DNA from: Eledone cirrhosa | Lineage: Eukaryota | DNA: 64,000 nucleotides | NCBI GenBank assembly: GCA_964016885.1 | Contig: OZ024741.1 | Span: 359,538,001 to 359,602,000, forward strand | Direction: 5' to 3' | Part shown: positions 11,935 to 23,840 of the stretch, piece after piece | Numbering within the stretch: the stretch's first letter is position 1 | Layout: every line of letters starts with the position of its first letter | Position numbers and translations under genes: made by a program | Notes under the pieces: model-generated | Told to the model about the DNA's origin: nothing | Seen by the model: only the letters and a program-made list of their open reading frames with translations | Databases searched by the model: none

Positions 11935-13696
11935 TATATAAATTTCGAGTATGTGTTGGTTGTTTACCGACACCTCAGTATGCAGGTTGGAGCACTCAAC
12001 GAAGTACACAGTTGGTTTGTTTACTCCAGAGTAATGTAAAATAAAATGTGTATATAAAATATTCTACCACGCGCAATGTAGCCCAGCACATAGCTAGCAT
12101 CAATAGGAGTAGACTTAGGAACTACACACAACCATCAGCTGACACTATAGGCACTCAGCAGATCCACGAGGGGGTGAATGGTGGACCCAAAACCGATCCT
12201 TGGAACCCCAACCGACCCAGGGATCCTCCACCTGGCCCAGGGATTGACCACCTCAAACGACGCAACGGGAATCCCACAATAGGCATTCAGGGTTCAACAA
12301 CTTCCTGCAACTGCAGAATCCCCACATTGTGCCCCCTTAGTAATGAATGCCTAATGAAGAACTTAGTATATGGATGTAGAGTTAAAACCCCCAACTCTGA
12401 GCACCTTTACATAGGAGCAACATCAACGAGCTTCAAAGACAGATGGTATAACCATCGCCATTCCTTTAATAGGGAGGACAAGAGGAAAGTACGGCTCTTT
12501 CCGAACTGATCTGGAAGCTCAAGCTGGACAGGACCCCATACTCTCTGGCCTGGTCCAAGATCAGGAAAGTTCCACGTGACAGAGGGGGATCTGGCATCTG
12601 CAACCTCTGTCTAAGTGAGACCCTCGAGATACTCAGTGGTGGGAGTAGCCTAATCAACCTCAGGACCGACTTCTTTGGTACTTGTAGGCACCTCAGGGCC
12701 GGAACCTTCCTCAAGCTATATGGATAGCAACCCCTTAGGATGGGAACTTCCCTCAAGCTATAGGGATAGAAACCCCATCACACCAAGCCCAAGGTACACA
12801 AAACCCACCCCTACACCCACCTCTATCTCCTCTCCACTCCCGCCTCGATTAGCACCTATAACACCACACCTACCTAGCAGCTAGAACCGTGCCTCACACC
12901 GCTGTGGTCAACCCCTCTCTCACTTCCTTAACCAAAACTCAAGTTAGGTGACACTAGATGATATAACGAGACAAAGTACGAGACACTAGATGATATAACG
13001 AGACAAAGTACGTGCAATGGTGTGCGTTGGCAGACAAATACACGTATGTACTTTATGTTGAAATAAGAATTGTAATTCTTTACACTTCTGGATTCTGACA
13101 CACGGGTTTTTTTACTTTTTCATTTTTTTTATTTTTTTATTTTTATTGGTTTTAACACACACGCATTTTTTTGTTTGGCATCTCCCACTACAAGAAGTAG
13201 TGGCAAGGGAGATGCCAGTCTACGGGCATAAATTCTTCCTACCATAACAGCAGCCTACCAAGGTTGACCTTCTGGCTAACCTGCTAACACCACTACCACT
13301 ACCACCACGGTAAACTAGGACAGCTGGATTTGAACATTCTGATAAAAGCAACTATGACAGGCTGACCTGTTTTAGAAGAATTTCTATAGACTTTCGGCTG
13401 AGAAGTGATATGATAGCTGACCAATGAGGTGGGAGCATGTCCTCTGAAGCTGAAATTCGTTTGTTCTTGCTCATATGATTCCAGTTCCTATGAGGACTAA
13501 CAACACACCCAGGAGCTGGACATATCGATGAATTGACAGAGTGGAACACATTACAAAGTTTAACTGTCTTTTCTACATTAATTCTTATGGCCTGATGAGG
13601 TCACAGCCAATAATGGCTGTCACTGAAATATATATAGCAGAGAATTAGAATAAACGAAGCCAACTTTAACATGTTTGACTTACACATTTTATTTTA
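11935..13696 (+). mobile_element. 5'-truncated Penelope-like element (GIY-YIG) with ~1 kb 3'UTR and inverted tail
   Basis: ORF 12048-12509 has CNC..CPL..C..LVYGC..YIG..R..NH; 12037-12052 is the exact reverse complement of 13681-13696; (TA)n on both sides. Confidence 0.8.
13579..13647 (+). ncRNA. Type I hammerhead ribozyme, canonical core
   Basis: taattct.tatg.gc-CTGATGA-g.gtcacagcca.ataa.tggctgtcac.t-GAAA-tatata-TA-gc.ag.agaatta; AATAAA at 13649. Confidence 0.8.
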
Positions 13697-13715
13697 TATA
13701 TATATATATATATAT

Positions 13716-13971
13716 AAAGAACTGAAAGTTGGAAAGCCATGGCAATGCAGATTTGGATGGAGAAAAATTAAAAACGCAAGAAACAGGATTTATATTTTAC
13801 TTTAATATATTCATATTCCTGATATTTCGAGATTAATATCTCTTCTTCCGGGGAAAATAAAAGAACGTGTGGTTTAAATTTTTCTCCATCCAAACCTGCA
13901 TTGCCGTGGCTTTCCAACTTCGAATTCTTTATACCACATACAATGCATCAAGTAAACTACAAATTCCATCA

Positions 13972-13975
<4 letters not shown>
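13716..13975. mobile_element. Asymmetric foldback element with central hammerhead-like motif on the minus strand
   Basis: 13727-13770 is inverted to 13877-13920; minus 13814-13859 reads CGGAAGA-a-gagat.atta.atctc-GAAA-ta-TC; related degenerate copy at 2415-2465. Confidence 0.6.
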
Positions 13976-14051
<76 letters not shown>

Positions 14052-14054
<3 letters not shown>

Positions 14055-14379
14055 AGGCACATGACTTAGTGGTTAGAGCATTGGCCTTGCAATCGAAAGG
14101 TTGTGAGTTCAATTCTCAGAACAGGTGATGTGTTGTTTCCTTGAGCAAGACACTTTATTACACATTGCTCCAGTTAACTCAGCTGTAGAAATGAGATGAT
14201 AGAACTGGGTTCCCTATCATTCCACTGCAAAGTGATCGTGGCAAAAAAGCACCCAGCACTCAGTGTAAATGAGGTTGGTGTTAGGAAGGGCATCCAGCTG
14301 TAGAAATCAACCCAAAATCAGTTCCCGTCCAACCCTTGCAAGCAGGGAAAAGCGGACGTAAAATGATGATGATGATGAT
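14052..14379 (+). mobile_element. tRNA-derived SINE with RTE-derived 3' half
   Basis: A box TGACTTAGTGG, B box GAGTTCAATTC, central ccttgagcaagacactt, RTE-like AGGAAGGGCATCCAGC and (ATG)n tail. Confidence 0.88.
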
Positions 14380-14417
14380 ACACACACACACACGCACATA
14401 TATATATATATCTAATA

Positions 14418-15628
14418 TGTAGGAAGGAAAATAGGGCACTGGTCCCATCTGGCAAATGGCCATGCTCAGTGTGTAGGAAAGGAGTAGGCAGAAACTCCAT
14501 TTTATGTCCCAAATGCAAAGTATGGGTGCATAAAAAATATAGTGGGATCACAGGTAAGCTAACTAAGAATATAGATGTTATATGTGGCCGGTGCTCAGGT
14601 GCAATAAGTAACAGCAAATGCCAACAGAATACTAGCTCATTCCATTGCACGGATGGTTCTATAGAAATAGTGGACACCTTCAGTTACCTGGGTGACAAAA
14701 TCAGCAGTGGTGGAGGGTGCGCTGAAAGTACAGTAGCTAGAGTCAGAACGGGATGGAAAAAGTTCAGAGAGCTTATACCACTATTGGCCGCTAAAGGGTT
14801 CTCTCAAAAAATGAAAGGCAGGCTGTATGATGCCTGCATACGAACAGCAATGTTACATGGCAGTGAGACCTGGGCATTGTGTGCAGAGGATCTACGCAGA
14901 CTGGAAAGGAACGAAGCTTGCATGCTCCGTTGGATGTGTAATAGTAATATACGTGAACGGCAAAGCATAAATGAACTAAGTGAGAAATTAGGAATAAGAG
15001 GGATCAGATGTTGTTTACTCGAGAGAAGATTACGTTGGTATGGTCACGTGATGCGCATGATAGACGACAGCTGTATAAAAAAGTGCAGGGCGATCAAAAT
15101 AGACGGTAGCTACGGAGTAGGCAGACCCAGAAAAACCTGGGACGACTTGATAAATTCCGACCTCACACCCCCCAAGACAATGTCACTGGACCGAGATCTT
15201 TGGCGCTACGCAGTAATACAGAAGACTCGCCTTGCCTAAGTACAAAGCGAAACCTACAATCAGTAGGCACCTCTTAACCAAAATACACCCCCATCCCATT
15301 ACCCCTACCCCCACCCCCATCTACACCACCCCTTTCGATGTAAAGTTATGTTGGTACCACAACATCCAGTCCTAAATAAATGAGGTCGTGTAGGTGTCAC
15401 GACAAAAAAACACACAGTCCACGCTGTAATGTGGCCGTGTAGGTAACACGGTAAAAACCTCCCAGTCCACACTGTTATCGTGGTTGGTGTTAGGAAGGGC
15501 ATCCAGCCGTAGAAAATCCGCCAGACAGTCCTATACGAGCAAGACAACCAATCTTGCCTCAAGTGGGACAATTCCCGTCCAAACCCATGGAAGCGTGGAA
15601 GATGGACGTTAAACGATGATGATGATGA
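14418..15628 (+). mobile_element. 5'-truncated RTE LINE (subfamily C)
   Basis: ORF 14469-15239 (PHD-like finger, YLG, HGSETW), 3'UTR and (ATG)n tail. Confidence 0.93.
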
Positions 15629-15639
15629 TATATATATAT

Positions 15640-15925
15640 ATAAACAAATAGTAGAACGGAAAAAGATTTTTTCAGTAGAAAATGTTGAAGAGATTTTTTC
15701 AGTGAAATATCAAAACATCACTATCACTATTTGTACAATTAGGCAACTTAACAATATTCTGCATATCCGCAACTGACAATGTTGAAACCGATATTGTAAA
15801 TAAATTAATGTTTTGATATTTCACTGAAAAAAATCTCTTCAACATTTTCTACTGAAAAAATCTTTTTTCCTTTCTACTATTTCTTTATATATATACTAAC
15901 TCGTGTGTTACTTTTCCATATTCGA
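15640..15925. mobile_element. Asymmetric foldback element with decayed hammerhead-like centre
   Basis: 15646-15718 is inverted to 15807-15882; centre acaatat...GAAAccg-atattgt; extra right-hand tail; (TA)n flanks. Confidence 0.65.
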
Positions 15926-15995
15926 TATATATATATATATTTATTAAAATAACAGATTAAAGTTTGGATTTTAGTCTTCAAATTTATTATTATTA

Positions 15996-17122
15996 CCCGC
16001 TATGTGGAGGGCTGGGCATGCCGTGGCTGATGATGCGCAGACACGCACTCAGGCTACGACATCTCCACCTCTTCCTCGACGGTGATCAGATGTGGTCGCC
16101 GTTTGCTAGACGCGTCTTTCCCCAGCTCGTTTCCTTGACGGAGCTGCAGTACTGGGTCAAGCGAAGACCGGGAGGGAGCGCTTGGAGACTGGAATGTCTT
16201 CAGGCGCTCACAGCCCTCGACCAATCGGGCAATGTGATCGGTGGAAACTCCACCTCGGCGTTCTATAGAGGATTAGTGGAGGGGAAGAGTGAGGACATAC
16301 TTGGGGAAACTCTAGGCCTCGACGAAAATCAACTAGCCAATCTCTTCGGAAGAACTTTCAGGACGGGGCCTATGGACAACTTCCAGAAATCCCTGGCTTG
16401 GCAGTGCTACCGAAGAGCCTTGCCAGTTTGGGATAAACTCTACAGGCATGGAGGTGCCGTCAGCCGGGCATGTCCGAGATGCGCGCAGGGAGACGAAACC
16501 GTCCTGCACGCACTCGTCCAGTGTCCGAGAATTGCTGACTTGTGGGTTTATGTCGAACACCTGCTGTCGCGTGTAGGACGGATCCGGCTATCATCTGAGT
16601 CCATCGTGAGGATTGCCCCGCCCTCTTCCTTTAGCCGGGAAGGGCAGGCAGTTTTTATCTGTCTGGTGGCCATGGCGAAAGAGATAGTATGGTGCCCTGA
16701 TTGACTTTTTCAAATTTCATTTGAAAAGGAAAATCAGGGTAGAGAGGGAAGTGCTCTCTTCCCAGCATTTTGTTGAAAGATGGGTGAGAGAAGCAAGAAT
16801 GGCCCGAGTGAATGGGCCTACTCTGAGTATGTGTCTGTAAATTAAAGGTGGAAAACTGGGAGAGGGGACTTGCCCTGGTGGTCAGGGTCACTGTGGCCTT
16901 TTAATGGGCTTTCTCCACAAATGTCCCTTCGAAGTCTCCCCCCTATTGGGGAATTTTTCATTGTTATTTTTATTACATCCTCTGTTTTTGTTTTTTACAC
17001 GCAGAAATGCCCATTTGTACCGTCCTGTATTGTCCTGTACTGTCCTTAATGTCTACTTTATGTAAACCCTTGTGGTTAATAAAGAAAGTATTATTACTAT
17101 TATTATTATTATTATTATTATT
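15996..17122 (+). mobile_element. L1/Tx1-clade LINE 3' fragment (zf-RVT CCHC) with (TTA)n tail
   Basis: GGLGMP and CPRC..ETVLHALVQCP in ORF 15964-16704; AATAAA followed by (TTA)n. Confidence 0.85.
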
Positions 17123-17139
17123 ACTATATATTAATATAC

Positions 17140-17222
<83 letters not shown>

Positions 17223-17570
17223 TACACACATACACGCATATATATGTCTCGTAACTTAACAGTTTTACAAAAAAAAGAATGTTAAAATAAGTACTGGGTT
17301 CGATATGATTGACTAAAACTAAGTCGATGCTCCAGCCTGACCACACTATAATATCTGAAACCAGTTTTAAAAAGATTTAAAATAACAACAGAGATGTGAA
17401 GGAGTAGTTGATGTTTGGTGGATCATCAAAGTGTCTGTGTGTCTTGGTTGATATCTCAAATCCTTCCTGATAGATCTTCCACCTGCTAGAAACAGCAGTT
17501 AAATCTCTTTCAAATCATATCCTATAATTGTAAAAACAAGGGAAAGAATACATTAGACAATGTATTCCAA

Positions 17571-17919
17571 TGGAGGCACATGGCTTAGTGGTTAGAGCAT
17601 TGGGCTTACAATCGAAAGGTTGTGAGTTCAATTCTCAGACCGGGTGATGTGTTGTTTCCTTGAGCAAGACACTTTATTTCACATTGCTCCAGTTTACTCA
17701 GCTGTAGAAATGAGATGATAGGGACTGGGGTCCATATCATTCCACTGCAAAGTGGTCGTGGAGGTGCCACGGCAAAAAAGCACCCAGCACTCGCTGTAAA
17801 TGAGGTTGGTGTTAGGAAGGGCATCTAGCTGTAGAAATCAAGCCAGCATCAGTTCCTGTCCCACCCTTGCAAGCAGGGAAAAAGTGGACGTAAAATGAAA
17901 TGATGATGATGATGATGAT
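17571..17919 (+). mobile_element. tRNA-derived SINE with RTE-derived 3' half
   Basis: Near-identical to 14052-14379 and to the reverse complement of 57685-58018. Confidence 0.9.
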
Positions 17920-18015
17920 TCCAAGGTATGTGATACACTCAAGAAGGTTTGAGACTTTTGAGTTAAATAAATGTCTGATAAAAGTCTCACAGCCTCTTGC
18001 GTGTATCTCGTATAC

Positions 18016-18240
18016 TAAAACCACCACCAATACCATCACAACAACACCACCACTGACAACAACACAAATGCCACCACTATCATCACTATCACCACCACTA
18101 ACAACAATAACAACAATGCCAATACCAACACTACCAACACCACCAACACTATCACTAACAACACAAACGCCACCACTATCATCATTACCACCACCAACAA
18201 CAATACGCCCACTACTACCATCATCATCACTACCAACTAA
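18016..18240. repeat. Degenerate (ACC/ACA)n simple repeat
   Basis: Low-complexity trinucleotide periodicity. Confidence 0.85.
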
Positions 18241-18454
18241 TCGTCTATTTAACTCTTCCATTTTTCTCTAAACACTAATGAGTCAATTAAACTATATTTA
18301 TTAATTACACTTATCATTAACGTCATTAAGATGGTCGTGGCTAGAACAATAGAAACGCCTTTTATCATGTGTGAGTCTGCTAAATCAGAGGTGACCTCAT
18401 GAAGTTAAACAACACCCTCACATACCTTTACACCTATCTAGTGTCAGACAAATT

Positions 18455-18620
18455 GATAGAACGTCAGATCGAATGCTTTGAAAGAACGTCAGATGTAATG
18501 TTTTGGTAGAACATTAAATAGAATGCTTTAATAGAACGTCAGATAGAATGTTTTGATAGAACGTCAGTTAGAATATTTTATTAGAACGTCAGATATAATG
18601 TTTTAATAGAACGTCAAATA
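18455..18620. repeat. ~20-21 bp minisatellite (agaacgtcagatagaatgttttgat-like), left part
   Basis: About 8 degenerate units; the array resumes at 22611-22830. Confidence 0.85.
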
Positions 18621-18809
18621 AAAGGGAAAAAATGAAATTTCATTTCTCACTCTTCGTACGGCTGATACTTAAATATAAGTATGTATACGTACATACATAT
18701 ATGTATACAGACGTACAGTAGTATGTATATACATACATACATGCACACATATATATATATATATATATACGATATTAATAAATGGAAACTATATTTATAA
18801 AACCATATT

Positions 18810-18874
18810 TATTTCATTATACATATTTCAGGGATACCACATTAAATTATGGTATGCCTTCATCAGACAAAATA
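18810..18874 (-). ncRNA. Type I hammerhead ribozyme, canonical core
   Basis: tattttgt-CTGATGA-agg.c.atacca..tggtat.c.cct-GAAA-tatgta-TA-atgaaata; 8-bp helix I with two G-U pairs. The copy at 21940-22004 (+) has CTGTTGA. Confidence 0.78.
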
Positions 18875-20448
18875 CAATATATAACAGTTTTACAAATAGC
18901 TTTGACATACCCTTTTAAAATGCAACCATTACTTTTGGAGGCTGTCTGGATAGTGATTTGTTTATATTATTTTAATAAGTCATAGTGTTAAGCACAATTA
19001 GAAAAAGACGGAGAGAAAGAAAAAAAGAAAAAAGACGGAGAGAGGGAAAGAAAACCTGGAGAAATATCGGAGAGAGAGAGAAATGTATGGAGAAAAGAAA
19101 GAGATAAATAGATAAATAAAGATAGGAGGAAATAAAAAAGAAAGAAAAAAGGAAGAAATAAGAAAAACAAAGGAAAGCAACAGAGAGATATCAAGTCATC
19201 ATACAGATAGAAAAACTCAAGAGAGAGAAATACTATATAGAGAGAGGGGGAGACAATGAAAACTTTACGTAATGTCATATTGAGTTGAGTTAACAATTTA
19301 TATGAAATGAATAATAAAAATATAAATATCAATATTCATGAATGGGACATAGATATATAATATGAGAAATTAAACATTGTTCAATAATGACTATATGTTT
19401 AGTTTAAAAACTTGAGATCAATATACCAAAATCTGAGTTAAATCGTTCAAAATGTACCCTTGCTATAGAGATCAGTATCTTATGCAAAGACATACAAATA
19501 TATATGTGTATATATATATATATACACACACATACGCACGTCCTGAAAATAGAAATTATGTTTACTCAAGCCAACAATATAGCCATACAAAACGTAAATG
19601 ATTTCTCTTAATCACTGCTATACATTCCTTGTGTTATAAAAAGTTCACAGTATATATACATAAATGTATACGATTAATATTCATGTCCTCACATATACGA
19701 TTACCATTCATGTATTTAATATTATGCATATCTGCAACATACCTCTCACCCACATAGATATATATACATACATATATACCCATACATATGTATAAATAAA
19801 TATTTGCGTGTGTCCTCCCGCATCGCTCATGTATATATACAGACATATATACAAACACAAAAAAACCTATAACACTTTATATGCATGTTAATATACACAT
19901 ATGCATTTGTATAGAGATAATCAAATATCAATATATTACTAAAGGATTATAACTTGTAAATATAAGCATAACAATATAAATTTAAAATACCAAAGGAATA
20001 TATTTTGGAAATGCAACTATATCAGTATAGTCAAAAGAAATCTAGAAATATCAAAGCATTAAATATCTTTAAAACACTATAGAGTATCTTAAGTTAAAAT
20101 AATATGTTTTATATATTTAGTATAGAAATTTATCCTACATATATCTCAATCAAGATATTGAAAGGGTAGACTTATGAAAGTTATGAGAAGCTATCAGAAT
20201 CAAAACAAATAAATAAAAATAATTTAAAAGATTTAAAAAACCCAATGATTCTACAGATAACCTTATATTTAGTATAGAAATTTATCTTACGTATATTTTA
20301 TTTAATACATTGGAAGTATAGACATTTTAGAGTAGTTTATTATATTCATGTTTATATTTAGGAAGAAAGTTTAAAAAGAAAAAGGTGAAGGAATCTAATG
20401 ATTTATCGACAGGTTTCATATATTAACTAAATTACTTAATTAATTATA

Positions 20449-21612
20449 CTACATTTTAAATTTATATTTATATTTAAACGTTGAGTTCAATCTATGTCTG
20501 CAGCAACTGAATAAATTGTTCCTTAGATTAAGGGAATTTTTGGACTTTAATATAAAGAATATTTCTTCAATACAAAGATCACAATGTTCTGAAGAGGAAT
20601 TAAAAGGAGTAGCTTTTGAAATAATATTCCAATTCATCGAATATTTAATATTATCTCGTTTTAGGTCCCATAGTAGGCTAGATAGCGAAGTTGAAGATTT
20701 TTTGTTTGGATCTGTGAAAGAATTCTTATGATTATTGAAGCGAAATTTAAATTCTGTAGAGGTGGAACCAACATAGTTAAATGAATTTAAATTAGTTTTA
20801 ACATTACAATTGTATACTACATTTTTAGCTAACCAGTTGTTATTTAACGGACAGTTAGATTTATTTCTACAGTTACAGTTATTTAATTGAATATTGTTTG
20901 GGTTATTATTGGTATTTTGGTTAGGTTTTAAATTCCTATTATTAATTCTATTAATATTTTGTGCTAAATTTTTGGTGGACGAGTAAGTTAATTTTATAGT
21001 GTGTCTATTAAAAATTGAGTAATATTTATGTGTTCTAGGGAAGCGTTTGTCAAGAGCTTTAAAGAATAGTTTAGCAATAGGGGTTTTAATATTTAGTGAG
21101 AAAGGGGGAGCAAACCATAATATATTTCTAGTTCTATTTCTTTTTCGGCTTTTGGAATTATTGTAATGTTTTCTATTATAGTTGTTAAAGTTGTTACCGT
21201 AATTGAAATTGTTATTATTTTGGTTAGTTTGCTTATTATTATTATTATCGATGTATTTAATTTTATTTCTATATCCAGCTCTACCTAACGCTTCGTTGTA
21301 ATACTCCGCTTTTTCATCAAATATATTTTTATTAGATGAAATTCTTGAAATTCGTTCTTGAACAGAGTTCACTATAGTATTTTTAACAGATCTGGGGTGA
21401 TTAGAGTTAAAGTTGACATAATTCAAGTTCTCATTTAGTTTGTGAAATGGATAATGAAGACATGTGTTGAGATTTAGTGTTACATCAAGAAAATTGACTA
21501 TTCTATGGTTATTCTCTATTTCTATTTTTAGATTAAGGTAATTAAAAAATTGTATAATTTGTTTTCTTTTTCTATTTAGTTCACAGCTATTATTTTCTAT
21601 AAGTAAAAGCAT
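20449..21612 (-). CDS. PLE RT C-terminus + GIY-YIG endonuclease (truncated)
   Basis: 387-aa open frame; upstream remnant PGVTGGLYRND at 21613-21645 marks the RT catalytic motif. Confidence 0.85.
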   Translation of the reverse strand: MLLLIENNSCELNRKRKQIIQFFNYLNLKIEIENNHRIVNFLDVTLNLNTCLHYPFHKLNENLNYVNFNSNHPRSVKNTIVNSVQERISRISSNKNIFDEKAEYYNEALGRAGYRNKIKYIDNNNNKQTNQNNNNFNYGNNFNNYNRKHYNNSKSRKRNRTRNILWFAPPFSLNIKTPIAKLFFKALDKRFPRTHKYYSIFNRHTIKLTYSSTKNLAQNINRINNRNLKPNQNTNNNPNNIQLNNCNCRNKSNCPLNNNWLAKNVVYNCNVKTNLNSFNYVGSTSTEFKFRFNNHKNSFTDPNKKSSTSLSSLLWDLKRDNIKYSMNWNIISKATPFNSSSEHCDLCIEEIFFILKSKNSLNLRNNLFSCCRHRLNSTFKYKYKFKM

Positions 21613-22132
21613 GTCATTACGATATAATCCTCCGGTTACACCTGGTATTTTTCTATGTTTTCTATATTTCTTCCTTTTTTATTTCCTCCTATCTTTATTT
21701 ATCTATTTATCTCTTTCTTTTCTCCATACATTTCTCTCTCTCTCCGATATTTCTCCAGGTTTTCTTTCCCTCTCTCCGTCTTTTTTCTTTTTTTCTTTCT
21801 CTCCGTCTTTTTCTAATTGTGCTTAACACTATGACTTATTAAAATAATATAAACAAATCACTATCCAGACAGCCTCCAAAAGTAATGGTTGCATTTTAAA
21901 AGGGTACGTCAAAGCTATTTGTAAAACTGTTATATATTGTATTTTGTCTGTTGAAGGCATACCATAATTTAATGTGGTATCCCTGAAATATGTATAATGA
22001 AATAAATATGGTTTTATAAATATAGTTTTCATTTATTAATATCGTATAACTACTCCCAAAACTTGTCGAGTGCTTTATATCAGTTATAAAAATATTTACT
22101 TGTTGTATCCCAACAACTTTAAATAGAACTTT

Positions 22133-22187
<55 letters not shown>

Positions 22188-22610
22188 ACGTATTGGTTTA
22201 CCGAACATTTATTATAATGTTCGGTTTGTTTGTAAACAAACAGCCTGAATTAAGCCGTACAGTGTTCGGCAACCATCGTTGCCCTTTTATTCAACACTGA
22301 CAAAGGAACGATGAGCTAGTTTCTAGCTTCTTAGCTGTCATCACCACCGTATACCTTCCTGTCAATCGATTAAACGTTTGAAAGTATATACTTTCCTTAT
22401 GCATCCGTGTTAAACAAAAGGGCAACGATGGTTGCCGAACACTGTACGGCTTAATTCAGGCTGTTTGTTTACAAACAAACCGAACATTATAATAAATGTT
22501 CGGTAAACCCCATACGTACATATATATATATGTGTGTGTGCATGTATGTATGTATATACATACTACTGTACGCCTGTATACATATATGTATGTACGTATA
22601 CATACTTATA

Positions 22611-22830
22611 GTCAAATAAAATGTTTTGTTGGAACGTCAGATATAATGTTTTGATAGAATGGTTTGTTACGTCAGATAGAATGGTTTGTTACGTCAGATA
22701 GAATGGTTTGTTACGTCAGATAAAATATTTTGATAGAACGTTGGGTAGAATGTTTTGATAGAACGTCAGATAAAATATTTTGATAGAACGTCAGATAGAA
22801 TGTTTATTAGAACGTCAAATAGAATGCTTT
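22611..22830. repeat. Minisatellite, right part
   Basis: Same unit as 18455-18620. Confidence 0.85.
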
Positions 22831-22929
22831 GTTGTATTTGTTCTGACTATCTCTGCTCTGAGATAAAATTCTACCATGATTAATTTTGCCTGTCATTCTT
22901 TCAAGGTTGACAAATAAAGTACCAGTCAT

Positions 22930-22965
<36 letters not shown>

Positions 22966-23421
22966 CCCTCTGGGAGATTCTGTGTGTGACAAGGCTGTTC
23001 TTTTGAATTTACAGGTTCAACTCATTTATTTTTTAGCTGAATGAACTGGAACATCATCAAATACATCTCTCAGAGATATACATATGCTAATCTCCATTAC
23101 ATTTGATGAGCAAAACAATCCTAGAAAAAAGACGATTGTAACCAATTAAAGCTCTGAGCTGGACATTTGCAAAACACCTGATTATGAATAAAATATGTTG
23201 AAATAAAACGTTGATCACTTTTTCTTGATATAAACACTCTGTGTATTACATTAATAACAAAAAGATGTCAGTATTAAGCAACACTTTTATTACTGAATAT
23301 CTAATTCACATAAAAGCATTGAGTGTTGCAAAAGATACCATCTGTGGAAATATGCATTACTCACCAACAGGTAGTATGTATTCATACATACATACACACA
23401 TACATATATACATGCATACAT

Positions 23422-23840
23422 AGATTTATGCCTGTGATTATTGGGGCACTGGGGTATGTTAGTAACTGCCTCAATACAAATCTTGAGAAGCTAGGCTTCA
23501 CAAGAACAGAAAGAACACAACTAGTTAGGAAATTACAAGTACAATCCATTAATGGAACAGTAAAAATATGTAAAACATTCCAAAAATTTTGCATCTAATG
23601 ACTGCATATACACATATACAGATACTAAGCATACACACATGCACACATAGAACTCAAAACATACAAATCCACATATACAATAACATCCATATCTACACAT
23701 GCATGCATGCAGACATGCATACATAGCTACCTAGTTGATGTTGTGTAAATTCCAATGAGAGAGTCTTATGTCTATGTTAGAAACCGACTCTCTCTCTATT
23801 GGGAAAAAATTTGTGAAATTATACAAACAGAAGAACGAAC
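23422..23840 (+). mobile_element. R4/Dong-like RLE retrotransposon 3' fragment in (CATA)n
   Basis: MPVIIGALG..L..LG..LQ..S..GT.KI resembles an RLE-clade C-terminus; (CATA)n on both sides. Confidence 0.6.

Larger units (their letters stand above)
18769..22136 (-). mobile_element. 5'-truncated Penelope-like element with ~1.7 kb 3'UTR and ~370-bp inverted terminal repeat
   Basis: ORF 20449-21612 has VNFLDV, CNC..CPL, VVY..YVG..RF.NH; 18769-19140 is inverted to 21670-22047; extra tail 22048-22136. Confidence 0.92.
18628..22610. mobile_element. Foldback element family F, split by a PLE insertion
   Basis: 18672-18752 plus 22185-22297 are inverted to 22407-22610; homologous to 39960-40995 and 47585-47825. 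Confidence 0.8.

Noticed and set aside
12949-13012. 32-bp tandem duplication containing CTAGATGA..GAGA..GTA
   Set aside because: It resembles a hammerhead core only superficially; no helix I or II can be formed.
14052-14125. tRNA-like A/B box segments (also 17571, 53330, 57945)
   Set aside because: SINE heads without a complete cloverleaf, not tRNA genes.
23755-23802. gagagagtc...gactctctc hairpin enclosing GAAAcc
   Set aside because: The core is too degenerate (CTTATGT) to call a hammerhead; more likely a 3'UTR stem of the R4/Dong-like element.
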